Notes: generated by a model from the letters alone, not told the origin. A stretch of 64,000 nt of DNA from Candidatus Levyibacteriota bacterium (GCA_027459725.1 DAIDHK010000003.1:931-64930), one strand, 5' to 3'; positions 26,941-40,343 are shown, counted from the stretch's first letter. Made by a program: numbers and translations.

Positions 26941-29091
26941 ATGGCTTTATTTGGTAAAAAGAAAAATCAAACTAATCAAACACCAGCAGCAGCTGCTCAA
27001 GCAGCTGGTAATAGAGCCGTGCAGCAGTTGCAAAAAGGTATGGTGTCTTTGGTAGACATTATAGCCCCTTCTTCGATCGAAGTTGATTTTAAATACATTC
27101 GAATTGGTGAAACCTACTACACCACTCTATTTGTGGTTGGGTATCCCCGTTTCGTATCGACCAACTGGTTACAGCCGTTGGTAGACTTTGACCATACACT
27201 GGATATTTCGATGTTTGCCTATCCGACTTCGGGAGCCGATGTACTAGGAGACTTGAAGCGTAAGATTGCTGAAATGGAAGCCACTATTTCTTCTGATATT
27301 GAAAGAGGTAAACCAGCTGATCCAACCGTACAAGCGGCACTGGAAGATGCATTGGCTTTACAAGAAGAATTAGCGAAAGGTATTGAAAGATTTTTTCAGT
27401 TTAGTTTTTATATCACCATTTCAGCAGAGAGCCTACAAGATCTCCAGGATACAGAGAAAAGATTAAAAACCACTCTAGCCTCAGTATTACTCAGTGCCAA
27501 ATCGGCAACTTTGCAGATGGAAGACGGCTTCAAAACCACTCTACCAATTGCCCAAGATCGCCTAGCTATAACTCGCAACATGGACACCACCTCTCTGGCC
27601 TCAACGTTTCCTTTCACATCGGCCGTATTAACTCAAAATAATGGTGTTTTATATGGACTAAACCGTCAAAATGGCTCTTTAATTATTTTTGACCGTTTTT
27701 CCCTAGAAAATGCCAACGAAGTAGTACTAGGAAAATCTGGATCAGGAAAATCCTATACCATTAAACTGGAGATCATGCGCCAATTTATGCTTGGCGCGGA
27801 AGTTATTGTTATTGACCCTGAAGGAGAATACGAAACATTAACACAGGCCATGGGAGGAGAAGTAGTCAGCTTTTCTGCCAATGACCCAATCAAGATTAAT
27901 CCTTTTGATCTATCAGAATTATATGAGGAAGGAGAGAATGAGTTGGGCTTAAAAATTCTTTCCTTACATGGTCTGCTAAAAATTATCATGGGTAATATTG
28001 ACGCCGAACACGAAGCGATTCTGGATAAAGCCCTGGTGGAAACTTATCGGCAAAAAGGCATCACACCCGATCCCTCCACTCAAAAAAAAGACCCACCTTT
28101 AATGGAGGACCTATACAAGGTTTTACTTGGCTACGAAAATGCTGCAGCACGTGAACTCGCCTATCGGTTAGAAAAGTTTATCAAAGGCTCAGCAGCGGGT
28201 ATTTTTAATCAAAAATCCAATTTCGACCTAAAGAATCCTTTAACTGTTTTTAATATACAACAGCTAGAAGAAGATCTTCGACCGATTGCAATGCACATCA
28301 TCTTAGATTTTGTTTGGACAAAAGTGAAAAAGACCTTGAAAAAACGAGTATTAGTACTTGATGAAGCTTGGTATATGATGAAATATCAGGATTCTGCTTC
28401 GTTTGTCTACTCAATAGCTAAGCGTGCAAGAAAGTATTATTTGGGTATGACTACTGCCACTCAGGATGTAGAGGATTTTCTTTCCACCGATTATGGAAAA
28501 GCAGTTTTAACCAACTCATCTATCCAAATTTTACTTAAACAAGGCACTGCTGAGGTTGATATGGTGTCAGATACGTTTTACCTAACTGAGGGGGAGAAAG
28601 AACTGCTTGTCTCAGCCGATATAGGGGAAGGGTTGTTTTTTGCCGGTCAAAATCATGTGGCCATCAAAATCATCGCAGCTCCTTACGAGAACGACATGAT
28701 TACATCCAATCCGGCAGAACTTCTTAAACAACAGGAATCAGTAACAGAACATCCAATAATAGAAGAAACACCAGTCGCACAACCCGAAACGACAAGTAGT
28801 AGCTATGCAAAAAAGACAGATGATTTAATAGGTTCACTAGACGCACGTGCGAAACAAATATCTAATCAGTTTGCGCAACAAGCCTCTAGTCCTTTTAGCC
28901 CGGCTACTCCTACTCCTACTCCTACTCCTACTCCTACTCCTACTCCTACTCCACCAACCCCTACACAAGCAGTACAGCAACCTACTGTAACAAACACTTT
29001 ACAGTCTAACAATAACCAGTCTTTCCAACCGCCAATTCCAACGGCAATTCCTCCTCAAGCAGTACCAACTGAGCCGTCAAAACCATTTTAA
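26941..29091 (+). CDS. virB4: VirB4-family T4SS ATPase
   Basis: Walker A GKSGSGKS, IDPEGEY, INPFD, Walker B LVLDEAW, KRARKY, ATQ; Pro/Thr-rich tail. Confidence 0.9.
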   Translation: MALFGKKKNQTNQTPAAAAQAAGNRAVQQLQKGMVSLVDIIAPSSIEVDFKYIRIGETYYTTLFVVGYPRFVSTNWLQPLVDFDHTLDISMFAYPTSGADVLGDLKRKIAEMEATISSDIERGKPADPTVQAALEDALALQEELAKGIERFFQFSFYITISAESLQDLQDTEKRLKTTLASVLLSAKSATLQMEDGFKTTLPIAQDRLAITRNMDTTSLASTFPFTSAVLTQNNGVLYGLNRQNGSLIIFDRFSLENANEVVLGKSGSGKSYTIKLEIMRQFMLGAEVIVIDPEGEYETLTQAMGGEVVSFSANDPIKINPFDLSELYEEGENELGLKILSLHGLLKIIMGNIDAEHEAILDKALVETYRQKGITPDPSTQKKDPPLMEDLYKVLLGYENAAARELAYRLEKFIKGSAAGIFNQKSNFDLKNPLTVFNIQQLEEDLRPIAMHIILDFVWTKVKKTLKKRVLVLDEAWYMMKYQDSASFVYSIAKRARKYYLGMTTATQDVEDFLSTDYGKAVLTNSSIQILLKQGTAEVDMVSDTFYLTEGEKELLVSADIGEGLFFAGQNHVAIKIIAAPYENDMITSNPAELLKQQESVTEHPIIEETPVAQPETTSSSYAKKTDDLIGSLDARAKQISNQFAQQASSPFSPATPTPTPTPTPTPTPTPPTPTQAVQQPTVTNTLQSNNNQSFQPPIPTAIPPQAVPTEPSKPF
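28904..28951 (+). repeat. (CTACTC)8 hexamer tandem repeat encoding a poly-(Thr-Pro) tract
   Basis: Read directly; a shorter copy lies in the prgI-like gene near 25817-25840. Confidence 0.85.
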
Positions 29092-29130
29092 ATGATTAAC
29101 AGTCCATGGCCTGTATAGTATACTCATATT

Positions 29131-32568
<3,438 letters not shown>

Positions 32569-32616
32569 GAATTAGTAATTGTAATGATATTTCTAAGCTA
32601 ATATAATAAATTTATA

Positions 32617-33762
32617 ATGCGAGATTTAAATAAACTATATATATTCTATGGAGCCATGTCCGTAGGTATACTGACCGTAATTGTACTAACTGTGTTTTAC
32701 CTATTTAACAATACTAATCATATAAATATCAATAAGCTAAACCTACCCGCCCCAAACCAAATCTCTAACACCCCAATTCAAATAAATAATAACGCCACTA
32801 ATTATACTCGCGCTCAAATTCAAGCAAATCCCGACCTACTTAATGGAATGACCGCATTTTCTGACCATTATTACCAAAATAATATATATTATTTGTCTGA
32901 CGGCAGAAACAGATTTTATGAATATTCTATAGACGATAAAGGTGTAACCCCATATTCAGATCCATTAGCAGCAACTATCCAGGGAGTATTCTGGTCACCG
33001 AACGCGCGATCTGCAGTTATTCAAATCTTAAACAATAAATATCAGCTTAATCGCGTGTCTAGCCCCTTTTTATCTCTTCGAGACGCGGATGATACACTTA
33101 CAAATTGGTATTATAATTTTGCTTCTAAAACATACTTCCAGCTTCCCACCAATGCTATAGATTTCTCTTTCTCTGACGCTAACAAGCTTGCTTTTATAAC
33201 TAAAGACTCCAGTACTCTAAGTTCCCTCAATGTACTACAAAATTCTCAATCGGCAAATTCTGCACAGAAAATTCTCTCTTTTAAGTCCTCACAGGATACT
33301 TTATCCTTTCTCGACGAAGACCATATTTTATTAACAGACTCTACAGGGAATAATCCTGGCATATTCATAATAGATTTAAAGACAAAAAGTTCAACGTTGC
33401 TTGCTAATACAAATCAGTTATACGGAATAAGAATGTCTCCTAATAAGCAGCAATTTTTGGGTCTTTTAAAGACCTCAGATGGATATACTTCTTTAGTAAT
33501 TTATAATTTAAACTCAAAACTTATCGAAGATTTACAAATACAATGCCCATTAGAAGATACAGCTTGGGAACAAAACAATGCCAGCATTGTCGTTTTAAAG
33601 AATAATTCCTTGGAAAAAATAACTCTAAATCCATTAACTACTATGTCCGTTGCTCTACCATCAGATCTGGTGTCGACCAATATATTAGCTAATAGTCTTT
33701 TGGCTATAAGTAACAATGTCTTTTTCATTAATGAAAATTTATTCTATCGCGTTACATTTTAA
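32617..33762 (+). CDS. membrane-anchored beta-propeller (TolB-like) protein
   Basis: N-terminal TM; WSPN, FSFS, MSPN and AWE blade-like repeats. Confidence 0.6.
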   Translation: MRDLNKLYIFYGAMSVGILTVIVLTVFYLFNNTNHININKLNLPAPNQISNTPIQINNNATNYTRAQIQANPDLLNGMTAFSDHYYQNNIYYLSDGRNRFYEYSIDDKGVTPYSDPLAATIQGVFWSPNARSAVIQILNNKYQLNRVSSPFLSLRDADDTLTNWYYNFASKTYFQLPTNAIDFSFSDANKLAFITKDSSTLSSLNVLQNSQSANSAQKILSFKSSQDTLSFLDEDHILLTDSTGNNPGIFIIDLKTKSSTLLANTNQLYGIRMSPNKQQFLGLLKTSDGYTSLVIYNLNSKLIEDLQIQCPLEDTAWEQNNASIVVLKNNSLEKITLNPLTTMSVALPSDLVSTNILANSLLAISNNVFFINENLFYRVTF

Positions 33763-33780
33763 TTTTTGAAGTATACAAAT

Positions 33781-34626
33781 ATGCGTCTTCTTCTTTTTTT
33801 TATTCTTGCTGCTTTGACATTTACTCTTTATACCTACCCAGTTCTTGCACAGGACGCCACAAGCAATTGTGTGATAACAGATATTGGAAATAGCAACTCT
33901 AGTTCTATTCCGGCTAACTGCCAGAATACAGGCAATCAAAGTTCTTCTGGGAATGGTCAAGTTGGACCATCTGTAAATACCGGAAATGCAATAGTTGATT
34001 TAGCCGGGGATCTAATAAATGCAGCCCAAGTTGATTGTCATGCAAATACTGGAGCGGAATTTTCTGCCACTGCGAGCGAACAAACAGATAAATCTGGAGT
34101 TATAAGAGATGACAATCCATCATGTCTTAACACCGATGTGACTGCTATTCTTTCTTCAAAAGGATTAGGTCAGAATGCTGCCTCAACAATTAATCAAATA
34201 GCATTTTCAATAACACAAGGGGCAAACGAAACAGACATTTTGGGCCAAGTACATAAATATTTTCAATGTGTTGGTTTTGCCCAGACTGTCCTACAAGCAC
34301 TTTATACCAATGTAACATCAGGTATTACAGTAGGCAGTACCCACTTCCCTCCTGGATTCAGCGACATCGGAGTTTCGTATGTTAATGGGCAAGCAAGTCC
34401 AATGCCCCAACCGGGAGATATTGCTGAATTAGATAATTTTGGCCATGTTGCAATTGTTAGCTCTGTACGCAATAATGGAGATGGAACATATTATTTCACA
34501 GTCATGGAGGCAAATTATTGTTTTTACGGATGGTTGAATAATAATGAAACTACTTCTTGTAGAACAGTAGGAAAATATATTCCGAGTGATGCTCCTGGAA
34601 TTGAAGCATGGGTAAGAAAAGAATAA
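33781..34626 (+). CDS. secreted CHAP-domain cell wall hydrolase
   Basis: Signal peptide; QCVGFA, PQPGDI, GHVAIV and VMEAN catalytic motifs. Confidence 0.8.
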   Translation: MRLLLFFILAALTFTLYTYPVLAQDATSNCVITDIGNSNSSSIPANCQNTGNQSSSGNGQVGPSVNTGNAIVDLAGDLINAAQVDCHANTGAEFSATASEQTDKSGVIRDDNPSCLNTDVTAILSSKGLGQNAASTINQIAFSITQGANETDILGQVHKYFQCVGFAQTVLQALYTNVTSGITVGSTHFPPGFSDIGVSYVNGQASPMPQPGDIAELDNFGHVAIVSSVRNNGDGTYYFTVMEANYCFYGWLNNNETTSCRTVGKYIPSDAPGIEAWVRKE

Positions 34627-34627
34627 T

Positions 34628-35338
34628 ATGAGTAATAACCATAAATTAATCTTTCTTTATTTAGGAATGGGATTATTTGTTTTTGTTTTAATCTTATTTT
34701 TGTTCTTCAGCTTTAATAAAGGAATTTCTACTCATTCAAATCAACAAATAACACCAACTATAATTAACCTCCAAAGCGGTATAAAAGTTCTTCAAACTTC
34801 TCCTTCTAACAAAGCAACTGATGTTTCTATCAACACTTCTAGCTTAGAAATTACTTTCAATAATCCAGTTTCAATTCAACAAAACGACATTTCTATACTC
34901 CCCACTACAGAGTTCTCATATCATATTCAGGGCAACGAGCTATTTATTATTCCTACAAACAGTCTTATTTCTAGTAGCCATTATGCTGTAACTGTTAAAT
35001 ACTCGGGCGCTAATGGCGTAGCCCAGTACGAAACATTTACTTTTACTACTACTGGACCTACCCCCACACCTCTGCCATCTTCAAATGATAATTACAGCCA
35101 ACAGTTAGGCAATTTTATTCAAACACACCATCCTGAACTAGTGTTGGTCAACAATTTGCCATATCAAAATGAAAATTTTTCAGCTATATATATAGATCAA
35201 CAAAATCAACCTTTTAAATTTGTTGTTAGTTCAAAAAATGGAAATCTGAATTCTGCCAAACAAGCATTTATTTCATGGGCTGAATCATTAGGAATTACAC
35301 CTTCGCAACTTAACTCTTTGGATATAACCTATCAGTAA
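34628..35338 (+). CDS. membrane-anchored Ig-like (Big_5-type) protein
   Basis: N-terminal TM; VLQTSPSNKATDVSINTS.LEITFNNPV..YAVTV..FTFTT. Confidence 0.7.
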   Translation: MSNNHKLIFLYLGMGLFVFVLILFLFFSFNKGISTHSNQQITPTIINLQSGIKVLQTSPSNKATDVSINTSSLEITFNNPVSIQQNDISILPTTEFSYHIQGNELFIIPTNSLISSSHYAVTVKYSGANGVAQYETFTFTTTGPTPTPLPSSNDNYSQQLGNFIQTHHPELVLVNNLPYQNENFSAIYIDQQNQPFKFVVSSKNGNLNSAKQAFISWAESLGITPSQLNSLDITYQ

Positions 35339-36445
35339 TTACTCTTGCACTTTAATCGGCATGATCAAATGTAGATAAGAGGCATCTTCAGCAGTTTTAA
35401 ATACCCCGGGATTTAGGGGCCCTGTCATTTCAAAATTAATATTTTCAGACGGCAAGTTACTTAGTGCATCAAGCAGATAGCGTGAATTAAATGCAATCTC
35501 ATTTTCTTCACCTTTAATTTTGCTATCTACTTCTACTATATTCTCCCCTGCTGAAACTATAATCTTATCTTTTTGCAAAGAAAACTTAATCACATTAGCA
35601 ATATCGCGGGCAAAAATCGAGCATATCCGAACAGCTTTCAACATTTCTTCTCTGTCAAATGAAGCAGTTACGGAGAAGTCAACCGGAATAATTTTTTCAT
35701 AATTTGGAAATTCAGCTTCAATTAGACGGCTAATAAGAATTATTGAACCTTGTTCAAAAATGATTTGATTACTATTAATAGACACATAAAGCTCAATTTT
35801 TTCTGTCTCCTCTTTCATGGCTAAAGCTTCTTTGAAAGCCCTGGCCGGTACGATCATACTCGACTTTCCTTCCAGTAGGTTAACCTTATCGTCTTTCCCT
35901 GCGGTAAAGTGTTTAAGAGATAAACGATAGCCATCAGTAGCGACGAGTAAAAATCCATTTTCCTCCTGTTCTACATAAACTCCAGATAAAGATGGACGGG
36001 CGATATCAATACTTGCAGAGAAAACCACGGCATTTAGTTCTTTTTTCATTTCTTCCGCATTTATGCTGGCCAACAGTACTCCTCTTTCTTCAAACAAGCG
36101 GGGAAACTCATTGGCAGACATGGTGGCAAAAATGCTTTTGGTTTTATTGGTCTTTACAACACAATTACTTCCGTCAGACTCAATAGTTAGACTATCTGCT
36201 GATAGAGAATTTACCAACTCGGAGAAGGTGCGAGCTGGAACAGTTATTTTTCCCGGTTGTTTTACTTCTGCTGATAATTCTACTTGAATTCCTATTTCCA
36301 GATCTGTACTACTTAAGTTTAATTTACTCTCTTTCGCTTCAAGCAAGAGGTTTAAAAGTATTGGAAGCTGTTGCTTATTAGAAACTGCGTGGTTGATAAA
36401 TCCAAGTTTATTTTTTAACTCTTCTGCCTTAAGTGTTACTTGCAT
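35339..36445 (-). CDS. dnaN: DNA polymerase III beta clamp
   Basis: STDLEI, VATDGYRL, FPNYEKIIP, FNSRYLLD and LIMPIK motifs; follows dnaA. Confidence 0.97.
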   Translation of the reverse strand: MQVTLKAEELKNKLGFINHAVSNKQQLPILLNLLLEAKESKLNLSSTDLEIGIQVELSAEVKQPGKITVPARTFSELVNSLSADSLTIESDGSNCVVKTNKTKSIFATMSANEFPRLFEERGVLLASINAEEMKKELNAVVFSASIDIARPSLSGVYVEQEENGFLLVATDGYRLSLKHFTAGKDDKVNLLEGKSSMIVPARAFKEALAMKEETEKIELYVSINSNQIIFEQGSIILISRLIEAEFPNYEKIIPVDFSVTASFDREEMLKAVRICSIFARDIANVIKFSLQKDKIIVSAGENIVEVDSKIKGEENEIAFNSRYLLDALSNLPSENINFEMTGPLNPGVFKTAEDASYLHLIMPIKVQE

Positions 36446-36687
36446 AATATATTTAATTGTAGTTGTAGTAGTGTATCGGGAAATGTGGAAAAATGCAAGA
36501 GCATAATGCCCTATAAAACGACGATAATTATAAAAACGAAGCTGTTATTCAGCTTATAATTATATCTTCGTCATGTAATAATAAAATATTGGTGGTTGTC
36601 AATTCGTGACTAAAAGAATGTGGAAAAGATGTTGATAAAATTGGGGAAAACCTGTTGATAAAGTGTAAAGTGAGTTATACACTTTTT
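36446..36687 (-). other. oriC: oriC, dnaA-dnaN intergenic part, with DnaA boxes and DnaA-trio unwinding element
   Basis: Box-like 9-mers at 36484, 36619 (TGTGGAAAA), 36630, 36653 (TGTTGATAA), 36642 and 36675; TTG/TAG trio run 36457-36471 next to an AT-rich tract; by eye the + strand goes from C-rich to G-rich across this region. Confidence 0.85.
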
Positions 36688-38094
36688 TTACACTCTAAGT
36701 AACTGTTTTATCCCCGAGATATCCTGAGAGATATGCACATTTCCTTCAAGCTGACCTTCAATCTTTTCCACACCGTGCATAACAGTCGTATGGTCTCTAC
36801 CTCCTAATATGTTGCCAATTTCGACAAGGGTTAATTTAAGTTCTGCTTTAAGCATATACATCGTTATCTGACGAGCTCTCACTAAAGAGGCATCTCTCTT
36901 GGGTCCTTTGAGTTGAGTGGGTTTAATGCTGTAAAAATTACATACTTCTTTAATGATGTCATCTGCATGGAGGCTTCCCCGCTTCTCTTCGGTCTCTTTT
37001 CCAAGTGCCTTTAGAGCAACTTCTGATGTGATTTCACTTTGCTGAAGTGATGTTGCTAAAGTAATCGCTCGCAGAAGAAGACCTTCTAGTGATCGGGTAT
37101 CCTGGGCTCCGTTTGCTAACAACTTTGCTACTTCAATGGATAATTCCCAGCCGTATTTTTCTGCTTTCTTTAAAAGGATGGCTGTTTTAAGTTCAAAATC
37201 AGGAGCTTCTATATCAACGGTTAATCCGCCCGCAAAGCGAGAAGATAATCTTTTTTCCAACTTTTTTATCTCCTGTGGAGGGCGATCGGATGACAAAACA
37301 ATCTGAGAACCCTGGTCAATGAGAATATTAAATGTATGAAACAATTCTTCTTGGACGCGGTCCTTGCCTTCAATAAATTGAATGTCGTCAATTAATAACA
37401 GGGCTGCAGTGCGAAAGCGTTTCTTCATGCGCGAAGTGTCGTTGTTTTTGATAGCCTCAACCACTTCATTTGTAAACTCCTCACTGGTGAGGTAAATAGT
37501 CTTTTGTTCGGGATTTTGCATATATATATGGTTTGCAATGGCATGCAACAAATGGGTTTTCCCTACCCCAACCGGTCCATAGATAAAAAATGGATTGTAG
37601 GATTGCCCTGGGTTTTGAGCTACGTTTTGAGAGGAAACAAAAGCTAATTGATTGGTGGATGAAACGGCGAATGTAGCAAAGTTATATTCTTTGCGGACCC
37701 TGGGAAGATGTCCAATCATTGAAGGTTGAGAAGGTTTAATCTCGGTTTTAAGTATAGGGGTAGTCTTTCTGTCTTTTTCAGATAAGCCATTCAGTTCTGT
37801 AGCAAAAAGAGGTCCAGTTTTTTCTTTAATAGGTGATTTATTCAATGCCTGGACTATAAATAAGAGTTCATTGTTTTCTTTAGTTTGTTCATCCAGTGAT
37901 GCTTTTAACTCTTTATAAAAGCGTTTGTATAATAGGTCTCCCACTACGGTAGAAGGGGTGGCGATGGTGGCAATATTATCTTCTAGGCTAAGTAAACCGG
38001 TATTAGCAAAAAGGGTAAAGAAATTGGCAGTTGAAACTTTCTTTTTTAGCTCTTTAAGCACGTGCTGCCAGATTGTATCAAGTCGATCATTCAT
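36688..38094 (-). CDS. dnaA: chromosomal replication initiator DnaA
   Basis: YNPFFIYGPVGVGKTHLL, LLIDDIQF, QEELFHTFN, GGRDHTTVMH; ATG 38094. Confidence 0.98.
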   Translation of the reverse strand: MNDRLDTIWQHVLKELKKKVSTANFFTLFANTGLLSLEDNIATIATPSTVVGDLLYKRFYKELKASLDEQTKENNELLFIVQALNKSPIKEKTGPLFATELNGLSEKDRKTTPILKTEIKPSQPSMIGHLPRVRKEYNFATFAVSSTNQLAFVSSQNVAQNPGQSYNPFFIYGPVGVGKTHLLHAIANHIYMQNPEQKTIYLTSEEFTNEVVEAIKNNDTSRMKKRFRTAALLLIDDIQFIEGKDRVQEELFHTFNILIDQGSQIVLSSDRPPQEIKKLEKRLSSRFAGGLTVDIEAPDFELKTAILLKKAEKYGWELSIEVAKLLANGAQDTRSLEGLLLRAITLATSLQQSEITSEVALKALGKETEEKRGSLHADDIIKEVCNFYSIKPTQLKGPKRDASLVRARQITMYMLKAELKLTLVEIGNILGGRDHTTVMHGVEKIEGQLEGNVHISQDISGIKQLLRV

Positions 38095-38121
38095 ACTGTT
38101 AATAAACAAGCAAGGAGTTTT

Positions 38122-38209
38122 TGTGTATAACTCAAAAACTAAACTTCTACTTGGACATTAGAAGAAGCGGAATTTTGTTTGTATAATGTAGTGTACTGCA
38201 TGTGGATAA
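38122..38209. promoter_or_regulatory. DnaA boxes upstream of dnaA
   Basis: TGTGTATAA 38122-38130, TTTGTATAA 38178-38186 and perfect TGTGGATAA 38201-38209. Confidence 0.8.
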
Positions 38210-38300
38210 CTGTCGCAAGAGAAAAAAAGACGAATATGGAGGACTTATATATAGCGTTATTAAGAATCTGTGACAATAAGTGTCTTGACCGCGACTAATA

Positions 38301-39584
38301 TGTAAGTAATACTCTGAATTGACGCAAAATTGTAAGTCTCAATTGACGCATTGTTTCCCGCCATAAGATTTCCAAATAAATGGAAAAGGTACATACTCTG
38401 GGGTAGGAGAAGTTACTCACGTAGTCGAGTTTTCCAAAAGACTTCTCCGTTGGCTTCAAAGCAGACTTTGTTCCCTTTAATCTTTACCCAGATACGGCAC
38501 CCAATATAGCCTGGGGGGACAAAGTAGTGTTTACCATAAAGAGAGATCGTTGACTCTCTGGTAACCTTACGTCTTTCCTCAACCGTTAGTAATGTTTGCA
38601 GTTCTAACTGGGTTAATCTTCTTTCAGAAGTATGATAACGGGAAGCATGGGTAATATTACTAAAATACCTACTCTTGTAGACATAATTGTATCTGGCAAG
38701 CCAGATCTCCCATTGCCCGTTTACCTCCTCAAGAGTTTTTGCCTTAATTACTTCCGGAACAAAATCTGTTTGGACAAATTTCCAAAACCGCTCAATCTTT
38801 CCCTTAGTTTCTGCATGGGTTGCCCAGTGAAGCTTAATACCCACTTGTGTGGCATACCACTGGTAATCAGCAGTTCCGAGTCTGGTTCTAGCTTTGTATT
38901 GAGACCCTTCGTCCTGCAGCATTGCATCAGGAAGACCGCACTTGCTTAAAGACTCATACCAGATTTGAAACACATTCATTTTCCCTTGAGTCCTGTACCA
39001 TTTGCCGGCAGGAACAAACCGGGAATGGTCATCAAGTGTTGCGATAAGGTACAAAATACCAATGTTGGGGAAATTGATTTTCCCTTGAATGTCTGTCTGC
39101 CATAATTGATTAGGATACTCTGCTTCAAATCGGATAATTGCTTTGACTCGCTTGTTGTTCTCCCGAGTTAGTCCCTCACTTCTTAAGATATTACCAACAG
39201 CAATTTCTGATACCGACAAATCAAGTTTATCCCGAATATTTCTGGCCGATCGCCATCTGTCCTGTTTCTTTAAACTGATAACCTTTTCCTTTTGGTGTGA
39301 AGTCAGTTTGTAGTGATTGCTGTGGCGATGATCTATAAGGCCTGCTTTGCCGCTTGCTACAAATGCTTTTCTGTATCGTTCAATTGTACTTCTACTACAT
39401 ACCAGAAGTGTCATTGCCTGCTGGATACTAACCTCTCCTTGCAGAAGGTTTTGGATGACGCTTTGTCGCTCTTCTATAGGTTTTTTCATTTGCTCACCTC
39501 CTTTTAGAGATGAGCTTAAATTGATTTGTCGATTCCTTCAACTGAGAATTACAAACGATACATCAACTGAGAGTTTGCTTTACA
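38301..39584 (-). mobile_element. IS481-family insertion sequence (1284 bp) with 17-bp flanking direct repeat
   Basis: TGT...ACA termini; imperfect IRs with two TCT(C/G)A(A/G)TTGA motifs per end; CTTGACCGCGACTAATA at 38284-38300 and 39585-39601. Confidence 0.9.
38413..39489 (-). CDS. IS481-family DDE transposase
   Basis: N-terminal HTH; rve core WQTD / LDDHSR / QDEGSQY / KGKIERFW; strong SD AAAGGAGGTGAG. Confidence 0.92.
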   Translation of the reverse strand: MKKPIEERQSVIQNLLQGEVSIQQAMTLLVCSRSTIERYRKAFVASGKAGLIDHRHSNHYKLTSHQKEKVISLKKQDRWRSARNIRDKLDLSVSEIAVGNILRSEGLTRENNKRVKAIIRFEAEYPNQLWQTDIQGKINFPNIGILYLIATLDDHSRFVPAGKWYRTQGKMNVFQIWYESLSKCGLPDAMLQDEGSQYKARTRLGTADYQWYATQVGIKLHWATHAETKGKIERFWKFVQTDFVPEVIKAKTLEEVNGQWEIWLARYNYVYKSRYFSNITHASRYHTSERRLTQLELQTLLTVEERRKVTRESTISLYGKHYFVPPGYIGCRIWVKIKGNKVCFEANGEVFWKTRLRE

Positions 39585-39608
39585 CTTGACCGCGACTAAT
39601 ACCATGAA

Positions 39609-39637
39609 TTTACATATTAAGATGCATTTGCTATAAT
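39609..39637 (+). promoter_or_regulatory. rpmH operon promoter (leaderless-type)
   Basis: TTTACA-17bp-TATAAT with extended TG; ATG 7 nt after the -10. Confidence 0.75.
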
Positions 39638-39644
39638 TAAGCTT

Positions 39645-39779
39645 ATGGAAAAGCTAATTAAACTTAAAAAAATCAAAAGAAAGAGAAAACATGGTTTCCT
39701 TGCTCGTTCGAAAAGCCATAATGGACGTAAAGTCTTAAAGCGTCGTCGTGCTAAAAAGAGATCTACTTTATCTCTTTAA
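39645..39779 (+). CDS. rpmH: 50S ribosomal protein L34
   Basis: Manual translation MEKLIKLKKIKRKRKHGFLARSKSHNGRKVLKRRRAKKRSTLSL; synteny with rnpA. Confidence 0.93.
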   Translation: MEKLIKLKKIKRKRKHGFLARSKSHNGRKVLKRRRAKKRSTLSL

Positions 39780-39784
39780 TCTTC

Positions 39785-40105
39785 ATGTTAAAACGTAAAT
39801 TTCGTTTGCCAGCTAGACAAAAACTGCAAAGACCCCAAACTCGAGCAACACCTTATTTTATTTGCAGGTACGCACCAAACGGTCTTTTATATTCGCGTTT
39901 TGGTTTTGTGGTGAGTAAAGCAATAGACAAGCATGCTGTCGTACGCAATCGAACAAGACGTGTGCTGCGTTCTTTTATTGAAGAGAAATTAAATACAATC
40001 ACTCCGGGCTATGATTTCCTATTTATTCTCCGACGAACAATTGCAGAAAAAACTCCAGAATTGGAGAAACTTGTTAGCTCTACTCTTGGTGGGCTAACGC
40101 ATTAA
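39785..40105 (+). CDS. rnpA: ribonuclease P protein component
   Basis: RFGFVVSKAIDKHAVVRNRTRR motif. Confidence 0.95.
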   Translation: MLKRKFRLPARQKLQRPQTRATPYFICRYAPNGLLYSRFGFVVSKAIDKHAVVRNRTRRVLRSFIEEKLNTITPGYDFLFILRRTIAEKTPELEKLVSSTLGGLTH

Positions 40106-40139
40106 ATTAAGGATATATTGTATATAGAATATTAGTCTT

Positions 40140-40343
40140 ATGAGGAGAATTGCAATTTGGATTATCATTTTTTATCAGTCGGTAATTGCCTCAATTCTGC
40201 AGGCTTTAGGTTTAAAAACAGAATGCAGATACGAGCAGACTTGCTCTGAATACACTAAACATGCTATTCTTAAACACGGCGTTTTAAAGGGTTCACTGCT
40301 TGGTATTAAAAGAATTCTTTCTTGCCAGCCGTATTATAAATAA
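40140..40343 (+). CDS. yidD: membrane protein insertion efficiency factor
   Basis: [24 protein letters not shown]. Confidence 0.92.
   Translation: MRRIAIWIIIFYQSVIASILQALGLKTECRYEQTCSEYTKHAILKHGVLKGSLLGIKRILSCQPYYK

Noticed and set aside
39586-39591. TTGACC in the IS target duplication as the rpmH -35
   Set aside because: No -10 at suitable spacing; TTTACA-17bp-TATAAT downstream fits better
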